Assembly (NCBI GenBank): GCA_034667725.1
Contig: JAXDQS010000010.1
Coordinates: forward strand, 320,001 to 384,000
Direction: 5' to 3'
Length of the DNA: 64,000 nt
DNA from: Thermoplasmata archaeon
GTDB lineage: Archaea > Thermoplasmatota > E2 > JACPAO01 > JAHFTW01
A model generated the notes under the pieces. That model was not told the DNA's origin and made no database searches. It was given only the letters and a program-made list of their open reading frames with translations. How positions within the stretch are numbered: position 1 is the first letter of the stretch; the number at the start of each line of letters is the position of its first letter. Positions 56,611-64,000 of the stretch are shown here, one piece after another. Position numbers and translations under genes: made by a program.

Positions 56611-57935
56611 TGTGGGCCTACCAGGAGGCGCTCGCTTGGCTCTACGCCCGCCAGAAGCTTGGCATCAAGCTCGGACTCGCCAAGGTCGAGCGGTTGCTGG
56701 AGCGCGTCGGCGACCCGCACAAGGCGTTCGCGAGCATCCACGTCGCCGGCACCAACGGCAAAGGCTCCGTGACGCGGATGCTCGCCGACGTGCTGCGCCA
56801 CGCCGGGCTCCGGGTCGGCCACACCACCAGCCCGCACCTCGTGACGTTCCGCGAGCGCATCGAGGTCGACGGCCAGTCCATCGCGGCCGAGCAGGTCGCG
56901 GCCGGGCTCGCCGCCCTCCGCCCCCATGTCGAGGCCTTGGACGCGGACGGCGCCCCGCCGACGTTCTTCGAGGTCGTCACCGCGCTTGCGTTCCTGCACT
57001 TCAAGGAGCAAGGCGTCGCGTGGGCCGCCGTGGAGACCGGCCTCGGCGGGCGCCTGGACGCCACCAACGTCCTCGACCCGCGCCTGACCATCGTGACCAA
57101 CGTCGCGCTCGACCACACCGAGCAGCTCGGCCCCACCGTCGGCGCCATCGCGTGGGAGAAGGCCGGCATCATGAAGCCGGGCGTGCCGTGCGTCACCGCC
57201 TGCCACGGCGAGGCGCTGCTGGTCCTGAAGCTCCGCAGCCGGGAGCTTGGCGTTCCCATGAGCATCATCGGCGAGGACTACACCGTCGTCCCCGACCTGG
57301 AGCACCTGGTCCTGCTGCGGCCGACCGGGGAGTCGCGCTACGCCGTCGGCCTCGCGGGCGCCCACCAGCGCGAGAACGCCGCCGTCGTGGTCGCCGCCGT
57401 CGAGGCGCTCCGCCAGCAGGGCGTCGCCATCCCGGAGGAGGCGGTGCGCCGCGGCCTGCGCTCCGCCTACAACCCCGGTCGCCTCGAAACCTTCCAGCTC
57501 GAGGCGGAGCGCTTGGCCGCCGGCGCCGGCCCGCGCAGCGTCACGGTCCTCGTGGACGGCGCCCACAACCCCGCCGGCGGCGCGGCGCTCCGCCAATACC
57601 TGTTCGACGCCGGCTGGCGCGGCTTCGACCTGGTGGCCGGCTTCTGCGCCGACAAGGCCTGGGCCGAGACCCTCGACAACTGGCTGCTGCCCGCCGCCCG
57701 GCTGTGGGGCGTGCCGGTGCGCAACCCGCGCAGCCTGGACGCCGCCGCCGTGCGCGCGGCCGGCGCCGAGGCGGGCGTGCGCTCCGCCGCCGCGCCCGAC
57801 GTGGCCACCGCGCTCCGGCTTGCCGTCGAGGCGGGCGCCGACCGCATCGTCGTGGCGGGCTCGCTGTTCCTTGCGGGCGAGGCCATCGCGGTGCTGCGCG
57901 GCGAGCCGCTGGAGGAGATCCGTGGCGCGCAGTGA
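56610..57935 (+). CDS. folC: Folylpolyglutamate/dihydrofolate synthase
   Basis: HVAGTNGKGS, TSPHL, ETGLGGRLDATN, EKAGI, DGAHN, GSLF. Confidence 0.95.
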   Translation: MWAYQEALAWLYARQKLGIKLGLAKVERLLERVGDPHKAFASIHVAGTNGKGSVTRMLADVLRHAGLRVGHTTSPHLVTFRERIEVDGQSIAAEQVAAGLAALRPHVEALDADGAPPTFFEVVTALAFLHFKEQGVAWAAVETGLGGRLDATNVLDPRLTIVTNVALDHTEQLGPTVGAIAWEKAGIMKPGVPCVTACHGEALLVLKLRSRELGVPMSIIGEDYTVVPDLEHLVLLRPTGESRYAVGLAGAHQRENAAVVVAAVEALRQQGVAIPEEAVRRGLRSAYNPGRLETFQLEAERLAAGAGPRSVTVLVDGAHNPAGGAALRQYLFDAGWRGFDLVAGFCADKAWAETLDNWLLPAARLWGVPVRNPRSLDAAAVRAAGAEAGVRSAAAPDVATALRLAVEAGADRIVVAGSLFLAGEAIAVLRGEPLEEIRGAQ

Positions 57936-59925
57936 GCCGCTGCCGGGCTGGCGCGAGCCGGTCGAGGCCTACCTGCTGCTGCGCGCCGCCGGCCTGAAGC
58001 CGCTGCTGTTCGACGGCCTCGGCGCCCACCCCGAGGCGCGCCACGCCGTCTTGGCGTTCTCGCCGCGCGTCGAGGTGCGCATCCAGGGCCGCGACGTCGA
58101 GGAGCGCTGGAGCGACGGCGCCTGGGAGGTGTTCCAGGAGGAGCCGCTGGCCTACCTGCGCCGCCGCGTCGGCCCCGCGCAAGGGCCGTCCACGGGGCCG
58201 TTCACCGGCGGCTGGGCGGGCGCCGTCGGCTTCGCGTTCGCGCGCAGCCTGGAGCCAAGCCTTCCCGCCGGGGCTTCGTCGGCGCTGCCGGACGTGGTGC
58301 TGCGCGACTGCCAGGAGGCCGTCACGTTCGACCGCGCCGCCCGCACCTGGGCCTTGCATTGCGAGGAGGACGACCGCATCGCCGAGGTGCAAGCGATCCT
58401 CGCGGGCACGCCCGAGGCCCCGCGCGTCGCACCCACGCAGCCGGCGTGGACGCCCAGCATGGCGCAAGCCGGGTTCGAGGCCGAGGTGGTGCGCCTCAAG
58501 GCCCGCGTCCACGACGGCGACCTGTTCCAGGCCAACCTCGCGACCCGCTGGTCCGCGCCGTGCGCCGCCGACCCCGCCGCCCTGTTCGCCGCCCTCCAGC
58601 AGGCGAACCCGAGCCCCTGGATGGCGCTCCTGGAGTTCGACGGCTTCGCGCTCGTGAGCGCCAGCCCCGAGCAGCTGTTCGCGATCGAGGACGGCCGGAT
58701 CCGGGCGCGGCCCATCGCCGGCACCCGCAAGCGCGGCGCGACGCCGGCGGAGGACGAGGCGATGGCGGCGGAGCTGCGCGCCGACCCGAAGGAGCAGGCG
58801 GAGCACACCATGCTGGTCGACCTGGTGCGCAACGACCTGGCGCGGGTGTCGCAGCCGGGCAGCGTGCGCGTGGGCGAGCGCATGAGCGTGGAGCGCTACC
58901 GCCACGTGATGCACCTTGTGAGCCGCGTCGAGGGCACGCTGCGCGCCGGCGTCCACCCCGTCGATGCGCTGGCGGCGCTGTTCCCGGGCGGCACGGTCAC
59001 GGGCGCCCCCAAGCTGCGCGCGACCCAACGCATCCTGGAGGCCGAGCCGGCGGCGCGCGGCTTCTACACCGGCTCCGCGGGCTTCATCGGCCGCGGCCAC
59101 CAGGCGCACTGGAACATCCTCATCCGCACCCTCCAGCTCGAAGGCGGCCTGGCGCACGTCCACGCCGGCAGCGGCATCGTCGCCGACTCCGACCCGGCGC
59201 GCGAGTGGAAGGAGGCCGGCCGCAAGGCGCAGGCCCTGCTGGAGGCCGCGACCGGCCAAGCCGGCGCGACGGGGGCGGCGACCCGGCTCGGCGAAGTCGA
59301 GGCCGCCGGCGCATGGGAGCCGCCGCGCGCCGAGCCCCGCCACCCCGACGCGCGCGTGCTGCTGGTGGACAACGAGGACTCGTTCGTCCACAACCTTGCC
59401 GACTACTGCGCCGCCCTCGGCGCCACGGTCGAGGTGGTGCGCAACCGCGTCGACGTCGCGGCCGCCGCCGCGGCCCACCGCGCGACCCACGTCGTGCTGT
59501 CGCCGGGCCCGGGCTGGCCGCGCGAGGCGCCGCGCACCCTGGAGGCGGCCCGCGCGCTGCACGGCCGATTGCCCATTCTCGGCGTGTGCCTCGGCCACCA
59601 GGCCATCGGCGAGGCGCACGGCGGCACGGTGCGGGTCCACCCGCGCGGGCCGGTGCACGGCAAGGCCGACGCCGTCCACCACGCCGGCGCTGGCCTGTTC
59701 GCGGGCCTGCCGTCGCCGATCGCGGCGACCCGCTACCACTCGCTTGCCGTGGAAACCGCGGGCATGGGGCCGGATTGGCAGGTGGATGCGTGGCTCGCGG
59801 ACGGCACCGTGATGGCTCTCCGCCACGCGGCCGCCCCAACCTATGGCCTCCAGTTCCACCCGGAATCCCTTTGTACGCCGCTTGGGCTCGAACTCCTGGA
59901 CCGCTTCTTGCGGGTGCGACGATGA
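57922..59925 (+). CDS. Fused aminodeoxychorismate synthase PabB-PabA (chorismate-binding + glutamine amidotransferase)
   Basis: SASPE, PIAGTR, EHTMLVDLVRND, FPGGTVTGAPK, AGSGIV; DNEDSF, SPGPG, GVCLGHQ, QFHPES. Confidence 0.88.
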   Translation: MARSEPLPGWREPVEAYLLLRAAGLKPLLFDGLGAHPEARHAVLAFSPRVEVRIQGRDVEERWSDGAWEVFQEEPLAYLRRRVGPAQGPSTGPFTGGWAGAVGFAFARSLEPSLPAGASSALPDVVLRDCQEAVTFDRAARTWALHCEEDDRIAEVQAILAGTPEAPRVAPTQPAWTPSMAQAGFEAEVVRLKARVHDGDLFQANLATRWSAPCAADPAALFAALQQANPSPWMALLEFDGFALVSASPEQLFAIEDGRIRARPIAGTRKRGATPAEDEAMAAELRADPKEQAEHTMLVDLVRNDLARVSQPGSVRVGERMSVERYRHVMHLVSRVEGTLRAGVHPVDALAALFPGGTVTGAPKLRATQRILEAEPAARGFYTGSAGFIGRGHQAHWNILIRTLQLEGGLAHVHAGSGIVADSDPAREWKEAGRKAQALLEAATGQAGATGAATRLGEVEAAGAWEPPRAEPRHPDARVLLVDNEDSFVHNLADYCAALGATVEVVRNRVDVAAAAAAHRATHVVLSPGPGWPREAPRTLEAARALHGRLPILGVCLGHQAIGEAHGGTVRVHPRGPVHGKADAVHHAGAGLFAGLPSPIAATRYHSLAVETAGMGPDWQVDAWLADGTVMALRHAAAPTYGLQFHPESLCTPLGLELLDRFLRVRR

Positions 59926-60800
59926 GTGCTGGAATCGCCTACGTGGACGGGAAGATTATGGACCTGGCGCAGGCGCGCGTCCCGCTGCTGGACCGCGGCT
60001 ACCTCATGGGCGACGGCGTCTTCGAGACCCTGCGCACCGCCAACGGCCACGTCTTCCGCCAAGCCCAGCACGAGCAACGCCTGCTGAAGGGCCTCAAGGT
60101 CCTCAACCTCGAAGGCGAGCTGGTGGACGAGTTCCGCGCCGCCGTCGACGCCATGGTCCGCGAGGGCACCCGCCAGTTCGGCGGCGAGCTCTACCTCCGC
60201 TTCATGGTCACGACCGGCCCGCAGGAGGACGTCCTGGAGTCCGGCCGCGGCATCACCACCACCGCGATGGCGAAGAAGTTCAAGCCGTACCCGATGCAGT
60301 ACTACTCGCACGGCCTGCAGGTCGTCGTCTCCAAGTCGAGCCGCAAGGACTCCCGCAGCCCGCTGGCCCGCGTCAAGTCGCTCTCCTACCTCCCGCACGT
60401 CGTGGCCCGCCGCGAGGCGCTGTCGCTCACCGCCCACGACGCCCTGCTGCTGAACGAGCACGGCCGCGTCGCCGAGGCCAGCACCTCCAACGTGTTCGCC
60501 GTCGTCGACGGCCGCGTCCACGCCCCCGGCGAGGCCGAGGGCGCGGTCGCCGGCGTCATGCGCGGCGCCGTCCTGGAGGCGGTCGCGGAGGCCGGCCTCG
60601 ACGTGGTCGAGCGCCTCACCGTCGAGGAGGCCGCCCGCGCCACTGAGATGTGGCTCACCAACACCACCGGCGGCATCGTCCCGATCACCCGCTTCGGCGA
60701 CGCCCCCGTCGGGGCCGGCCGCAAGGGCGACCTCACGACGCAGCTGTCGCACGCCATCGAGGCCGAGTTGCGCGGCCCGCCCGTGGCCCGCCATGCCTGA
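59922..60800 (+). CDS. Class IV aminotransferase-like, probable aminodeoxychorismate lyase
   Basis: DRGYLMGDGVFETLR, KSLSY, EASTSNVF; folate operon context. Confidence 0.85.
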   Translation: MSAGIAYVDGKIMDLAQARVPLLDRGYLMGDGVFETLRTANGHVFRQAQHEQRLLKGLKVLNLEGELVDEFRAAVDAMVREGTRQFGGELYLRFMVTTGPQEDVLESGRGITTTAMAKKFKPYPMQYYSHGLQVVVSKSSRKDSRSPLARVKSLSYLPHVVARREALSLTAHDALLLNEHGRVAEASTSNVFAVVDGRVHAPGEAEGAVAGVMRGAVLEAVAEAGLDVVERLTVEEAARATEMWLTNTTGGIVPITRFGDAPVGAGRKGDLTTQLSHAIEAELRGPPVARHA

Positions 60801-61620
60801 GCCGACGCGCACGCTGGCGCTCGCCCGCGGCCGCCGCCTCCCCTGGGGCCACCGCACGCTCGTGATGGGCATCCTCAACGCCACGCCCGACTCGTTCAGC
60901 GACGGAGGCCGTCTCACCCCGGACAACGCCGCGGAGCGGGCCGAGGCGCTGCTGCGCGCCGGCGCCGACCTCTTGGACCTTGGCGGCGAGTCGACCCGCC
61001 CCGGCCACGCGCCCGTCGCCGCCGCGGACGAGCTGGCGCGGGTGCTGCCCGTGCTGCGCGCGATCCGCCGCGCCGCCCCGGACGCCATCGTCTCGATCGA
61101 CACCCGCAAGGCCGAGGTGGCGCACGCCGCCGTCGCCGCCGGCGCCGACCTCCTCAACGACGTCGGCAGCCTCGCCGACCCCGGCCTGCTGGCGGTCGCG
61201 AAGGAGGCCGGCTGCGCCCTCGTGCTGATGCGCAGCGGCCCCGTCCAAGGCGAGCTGCTCAACGGCACCCGGCGGCAGTTGGCGGCGCTGGTGGCGCAGG
61301 CCCGCGGCGCCGGGCTGGCCGACGACCAGGTCGTGCTCGACCCGGGCCTCGGCTTCGGCGACCCGCCCGGCGGCGACGCGCGCGCGAACCTGGCGCTGAT
61401 CCGCGGCGTGGCGGAATACTCCCAAGGCCATCCGGTGCTGGTGGGCGCCAGCCGCAAGCGCTTCCTCGGCGTGCTGACCGGCGTCGAGCGGCCCGAGCAG
61501 CGCGTCGTCGGCTCGGTGGCGGCGGCGGTGCTGGCCGCGCAGGCTGGGGCCGCGATGGTGCGGGTGCACGACGTGGCGGAGACCGTGCAGGCGCTGCGGG
61601 TCGTGCAAGCCGATGGCTAA
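60793..61620 (+). CDS. folP: Dihydropteroate synthase
   Basis: MGILNATPDSFSDGG, GGESTRPG, SIDT, DPGLGFG, SRK, RVHDV. Confidence 0.95.
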   Translation: MPEPTRTLALARGRRLPWGHRTLVMGILNATPDSFSDGGRLTPDNAAERAEALLRAGADLLDLGGESTRPGHAPVAAADELARVLPVLRAIRRAAPDAIVSIDTRKAEVAHAAVAAGADLLNDVGSLADPGLLAVAKEAGCALVLMRSGPVQGELLNGTRRQLAALVAQARGAGLADDQVVLDPGLGFGDPPGGDARANLALIRGVAEYSQGHPVLVGASRKRFLGVLTGVERPEQRVVGSVAAAVLAAQAGAAMVRVHDVAETVQALRVVQADG

Positions 61621-62480
61621 CGGACCAGCCGCGCCCCGTTTGGGTCCACGCCCGCCGCGACCACCATGCCGTGCGGCGCCAGCAGGCGCTCCGCCTCGTC
61701 CAGCCCGCCGCCCGTGCACCACAGCGTGTTGCCCAGCATCGACTGGCCCCACCGCGTCTCCGGCGGGAGCATGTCGCCGAGCGCGCGCATCGCGACGGGC
61801 ATCAACCCCAACGCCAGGCTGAAGGCGTGCGCCTCGTCCAGCAAGACTTCCCACGCCCGTGCGCGGCCGGCCGCCAGGATCCGGTCCACGGCCGGGTCGC
61901 CCAGCGCGCGCGTCTTGAGCTTCCAGGCGGCGTCCTTGATGATGCGCGGCGTCGGGATGCCCTCCCCCATCACGCAGAACAGGAAGCGCGCCCCCGGCGC
62001 CGGGTCGACGCGCATCGCCCAGCCGTGCGGCGGCACGCCGGGCTTGAGGCGCAGCTCGCCCGCGCCGTTCCAGGAGCCCACGACGTCGCCGAGGCCCGTG
62101 CCGGCGGTCACCTCGGCGGCGTGGGCGGCGGCCAGCGCGTGCTCCGGCTCCAGGTCCAGCTCCGCGACGGCGGCAAGGCAGGCGGCCAGCGTGCCGGCGG
62201 CGCTCATGCCGAAGCCCTGCCCGACCGGCAGGTCCAGCCGCAGCTCGACGTCGAGGCTCGCGGCGGGCGCCAGCGCGCGCACGGCGGCGGCGGTCACGGG
62301 CAGGTCGCGCGGCTGGCCGTCGACGGTGATGGCGCCGCGGCCGGGGCGCACGGTGGCGGTGGCGCCGGCGTCGAGGCTCCAGCCGGCGCCGCGCGAGCCT
62401 TTCGCGAGCGGGTCGCTGGCCTCGTCGTGGACGGCGAACAGGCCGGAGACGTGGCCGGGCGCGAAGGCGCGGCGGGTCAA
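61617..62480 (-). CDS. Pantoate kinase (GHMP family)
   Basis: FAPGHVSGLF, GSRGAG, PVGQGFGMSAA, GTGLGDV, SMLG; TTGA overlap with coaBC. Confidence 0.9.
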   Translation of the reverse strand: MTRRAFAPGHVSGLFAVHDEASDPLAKGSRGAGWSLDAGATATVRPGRGAITVDGQPRDLPVTAAAVRALAPAASLDVELRLDLPVGQGFGMSAAGTLAACLAAVAELDLEPEHALAAAHAAEVTAGTGLGDVVGSWNGAGELRLKPGVPPHGWAMRVDPAPGARFLFCVMGEGIPTPRIIKDAAWKLKTRALGDPAVDRILAAGRARAWEVLLDEAHAFSLALGLMPVAMRALGDMLPPETRWGQSMLGNTLWCTGGGLDEAERLLAPHGMVVAAGVDPNGARLVR

Positions 62481-63715
62481 GCCTTGGCCTTCCCAGGGCC
62501 GGCGGCGACCAGCTCCACGACCAAGGGCAGCACGCGCGCCTTGGGGCCCGTGAAGGTGGTGTGGCCGTGCGCGTCCACGAGGTGGAGGGTCGTGTCCTCG
62601 GCGCCGAAGCTGGCGGCGAGGTTGGCCACGACGTAGTCGGCCCGGTAGCGGCGCCGGCGCTCGGCGGCGCGCTCCAGCAGGCCCGCCGCGTCGGACTCGG
62701 CCTTGAAGGCGACCAGGACGGCCTTGGGGGCGCGGCGGCGCAGGGTCGCGATGACCTTGCCGAGCGGCGCGAGGCGGAGGTCGAGGGCCTTCTGCCCGCT
62801 GGGAATCTTGCCCTTGGCGGGCTTGGCGGCGTAGTCGCCGACGGCGGCCGGCATCCACACTTGGGCGAAGCCGGCGAGCTTGGCCTTCGCCGCCATCGCC
62901 GCAAGCTCGGCGTGGGTGGTGAAGCGGCGCGTGAAGGGCGCAAGGTGGCCGGGGACGGGCTCGGTGCCGACGCCGTGCCACAACTCGACCTCGGCGCCGA
63001 GGCGGCGCAGCTCGGTGGCCAGCAGGAAGCCGGTGCGGCCGGAGCTGCGGTTGGTGAGGACGCGGACGGGATCGATGGGCTCGGCGGTGGCGCCGGAGAC
63101 CACGAGGGCGCGCTTGCCCGCCAGCGGACCCTTCTCCTGGGCGAGGCGGTGGATGACGGCCTCGACGATGGCCTCGACGTCCGCCAGCTTGGCCTTCTTC
63201 TCCGCGCGCGCCGGCTCGACCCAAGTGACGCCCAGGCGCTCGACGAGGGTCTTGGCGTGCTCGGCCACGATGGGGTGCTCCAGCATCGCCTCGTGCATCG
63301 CGGGCGCGACGACGATCGGGGTGCCGGTGCCGACGGCCACGGTGGCGCAGGTCGTGACCGGGGTGTCGTCGATGCCCAGCGCCATCTTGGCGACCGTGTT
63401 GGCGGTGGCGGGCGCCACCAGCAGCAGGTCGGCCTTCCCGGGCACGTCGCCCAAGAGCGCGATGTGCTCGACGGCGCCGGTCAGTTGCGTGATCGGCTTG
63501 TGGCCGGTGGCGAACTCCAGGGCGTCGGGGTGCAGGATGCGGGTCGCGCCCGCCGTCATCACCGGGACCACGTCGGCGCCGTGGCGAATGAGCTCGCGCG
63601 CCAACTCGACGCACTTGACCGCCCCGATGGAGCCCGTCACGCCCAGCACGATGCGGCGGCCGGCCAGGTGGCTGCTCGACGCGCCGCGGATGTTCTCGAC
63701 CGGGTGCACGCCCAC
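62477..63715 (-). CDS. coaBC: Phosphopantothenoylcysteine decarboxylase/ligase
   Basis: GVTGSIGA, APATAN, PAMH, GATAEPIDPVR..NRSSG, AAVGDY, FKAE, VVAN. Confidence 0.95.
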   Translation of the reverse strand: MGVHPVENIRGASSSHLAGRRIVLGVTGSIGAVKCVELARELIRHGADVVPVMTAGATRILHPDALEFATGHKPITQLTGAVEHIALLGDVPGKADLLLVAPATANTVAKMALGIDDTPVTTCATVAVGTGTPIVVAPAMHEAMLEHPIVAEHAKTLVERLGVTWVEPARAEKKAKLADVEAIVEAVIHRLAQEKGPLAGKRALVVSGATAEPIDPVRVLTNRSSGRTGFLLATELRRLGAEVELWHGVGTEPVPGHLAPFTRRFTTHAELAAMAAKAKLAGFAQVWMPAAVGDYAAKPAKGKIPSGQKALDLRLAPLGKVIATLRRRAPKAVLVAFKAESDAAGLLERAAERRRRYRADYVVANLAASFGAEDTTLHLVDAHGHTTFTGPKARVLPLVVELVAAGPGKAKA

Positions 63716-63815
63716 GCCACGCGCAAGGTGGTCTTAGGCCCAGCGGGCGCCCGTGGGTTCCCTGGGCGGGCCACGGACCTCTCGGCCCGTGGCCCGCTGG
63801 GTGAACACGAGAATC

Positions 63816-64000
63816 CTAACGCTCGTAGTCGAACTGCTGGATGGCGGACAGCCAAGCGCCCGTCTTGGCGACCTTGGCCCAGACCGTCATCTGGTAGTGG
63901 CCGGTCGGCGCCTGGCCCGGCTCGAAGCCGTAGTGCAGCACCCAGCCGCCGTCGGCCTTGGTGAAGCGCTCGACCGCCACGTCGTCGTGCAGCGTGAAGT
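63816..64000 (-). CDS. 3' end of hypothetical protein (truncated by window edge)
   Basis: Open frame FTLHDDVAVERF...QQFDYER* with typical codon usage. Confidence 0.6.
   Translation of the reverse strand, partial: FTLHDDVAVERFTKADGGWVLHYGFEPGQAPTGHYQMTVWAKVAKTGAWLSAIQQFDYER

Overview
A high-GC (about 70%) archaeal chromosome segment, most consistent with Thermoplasmatota/Euryarchaeota. The archaeal markers are TFE, aTrm56, CTP-dependent riboflavin kinase RbkR, pantoate kinase, phosphopantothenate synthetase, a LonB-type protein, L-aspartate dehydrogenase and beta-CASP nucleases. The first ~1 kb is lower in GC and ends at a tRNA 3'-end fragment, probably the edge of an integrated element. The rest mixes housekeeping genes with many secreted or surface proteins that end in Pro-motif + TM + Arg tails, including a ~1930-aa giant. 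Housekeeping content covers NAD, CoA, folate/pABA and purN genes, a 2-oxoacid:ferredoxin oxidoreductase, pepA, tRNA-Thr(CGT) and a glycosylation locus. The strongest candidate for an undescribed system is a tight five-gene operon at 1035-8845. It is built around a membrane LonB homolog with intact AAA+ motifs but both catalytic protease residues replaced, and it also encodes a surface Asp-box protein, an S15 hydrolase lipoprotein and two membrane proteins. Other notable items are an Hjc-like nuclease coupled to a Smr-less MutS ATPase, an archaeal neprosin, a zinc-finger microprotein coupled to an RNase J-like nuclease, and tRNA-Thr 3' repeats. All calls come from manual motif recognition; no database searches were run.
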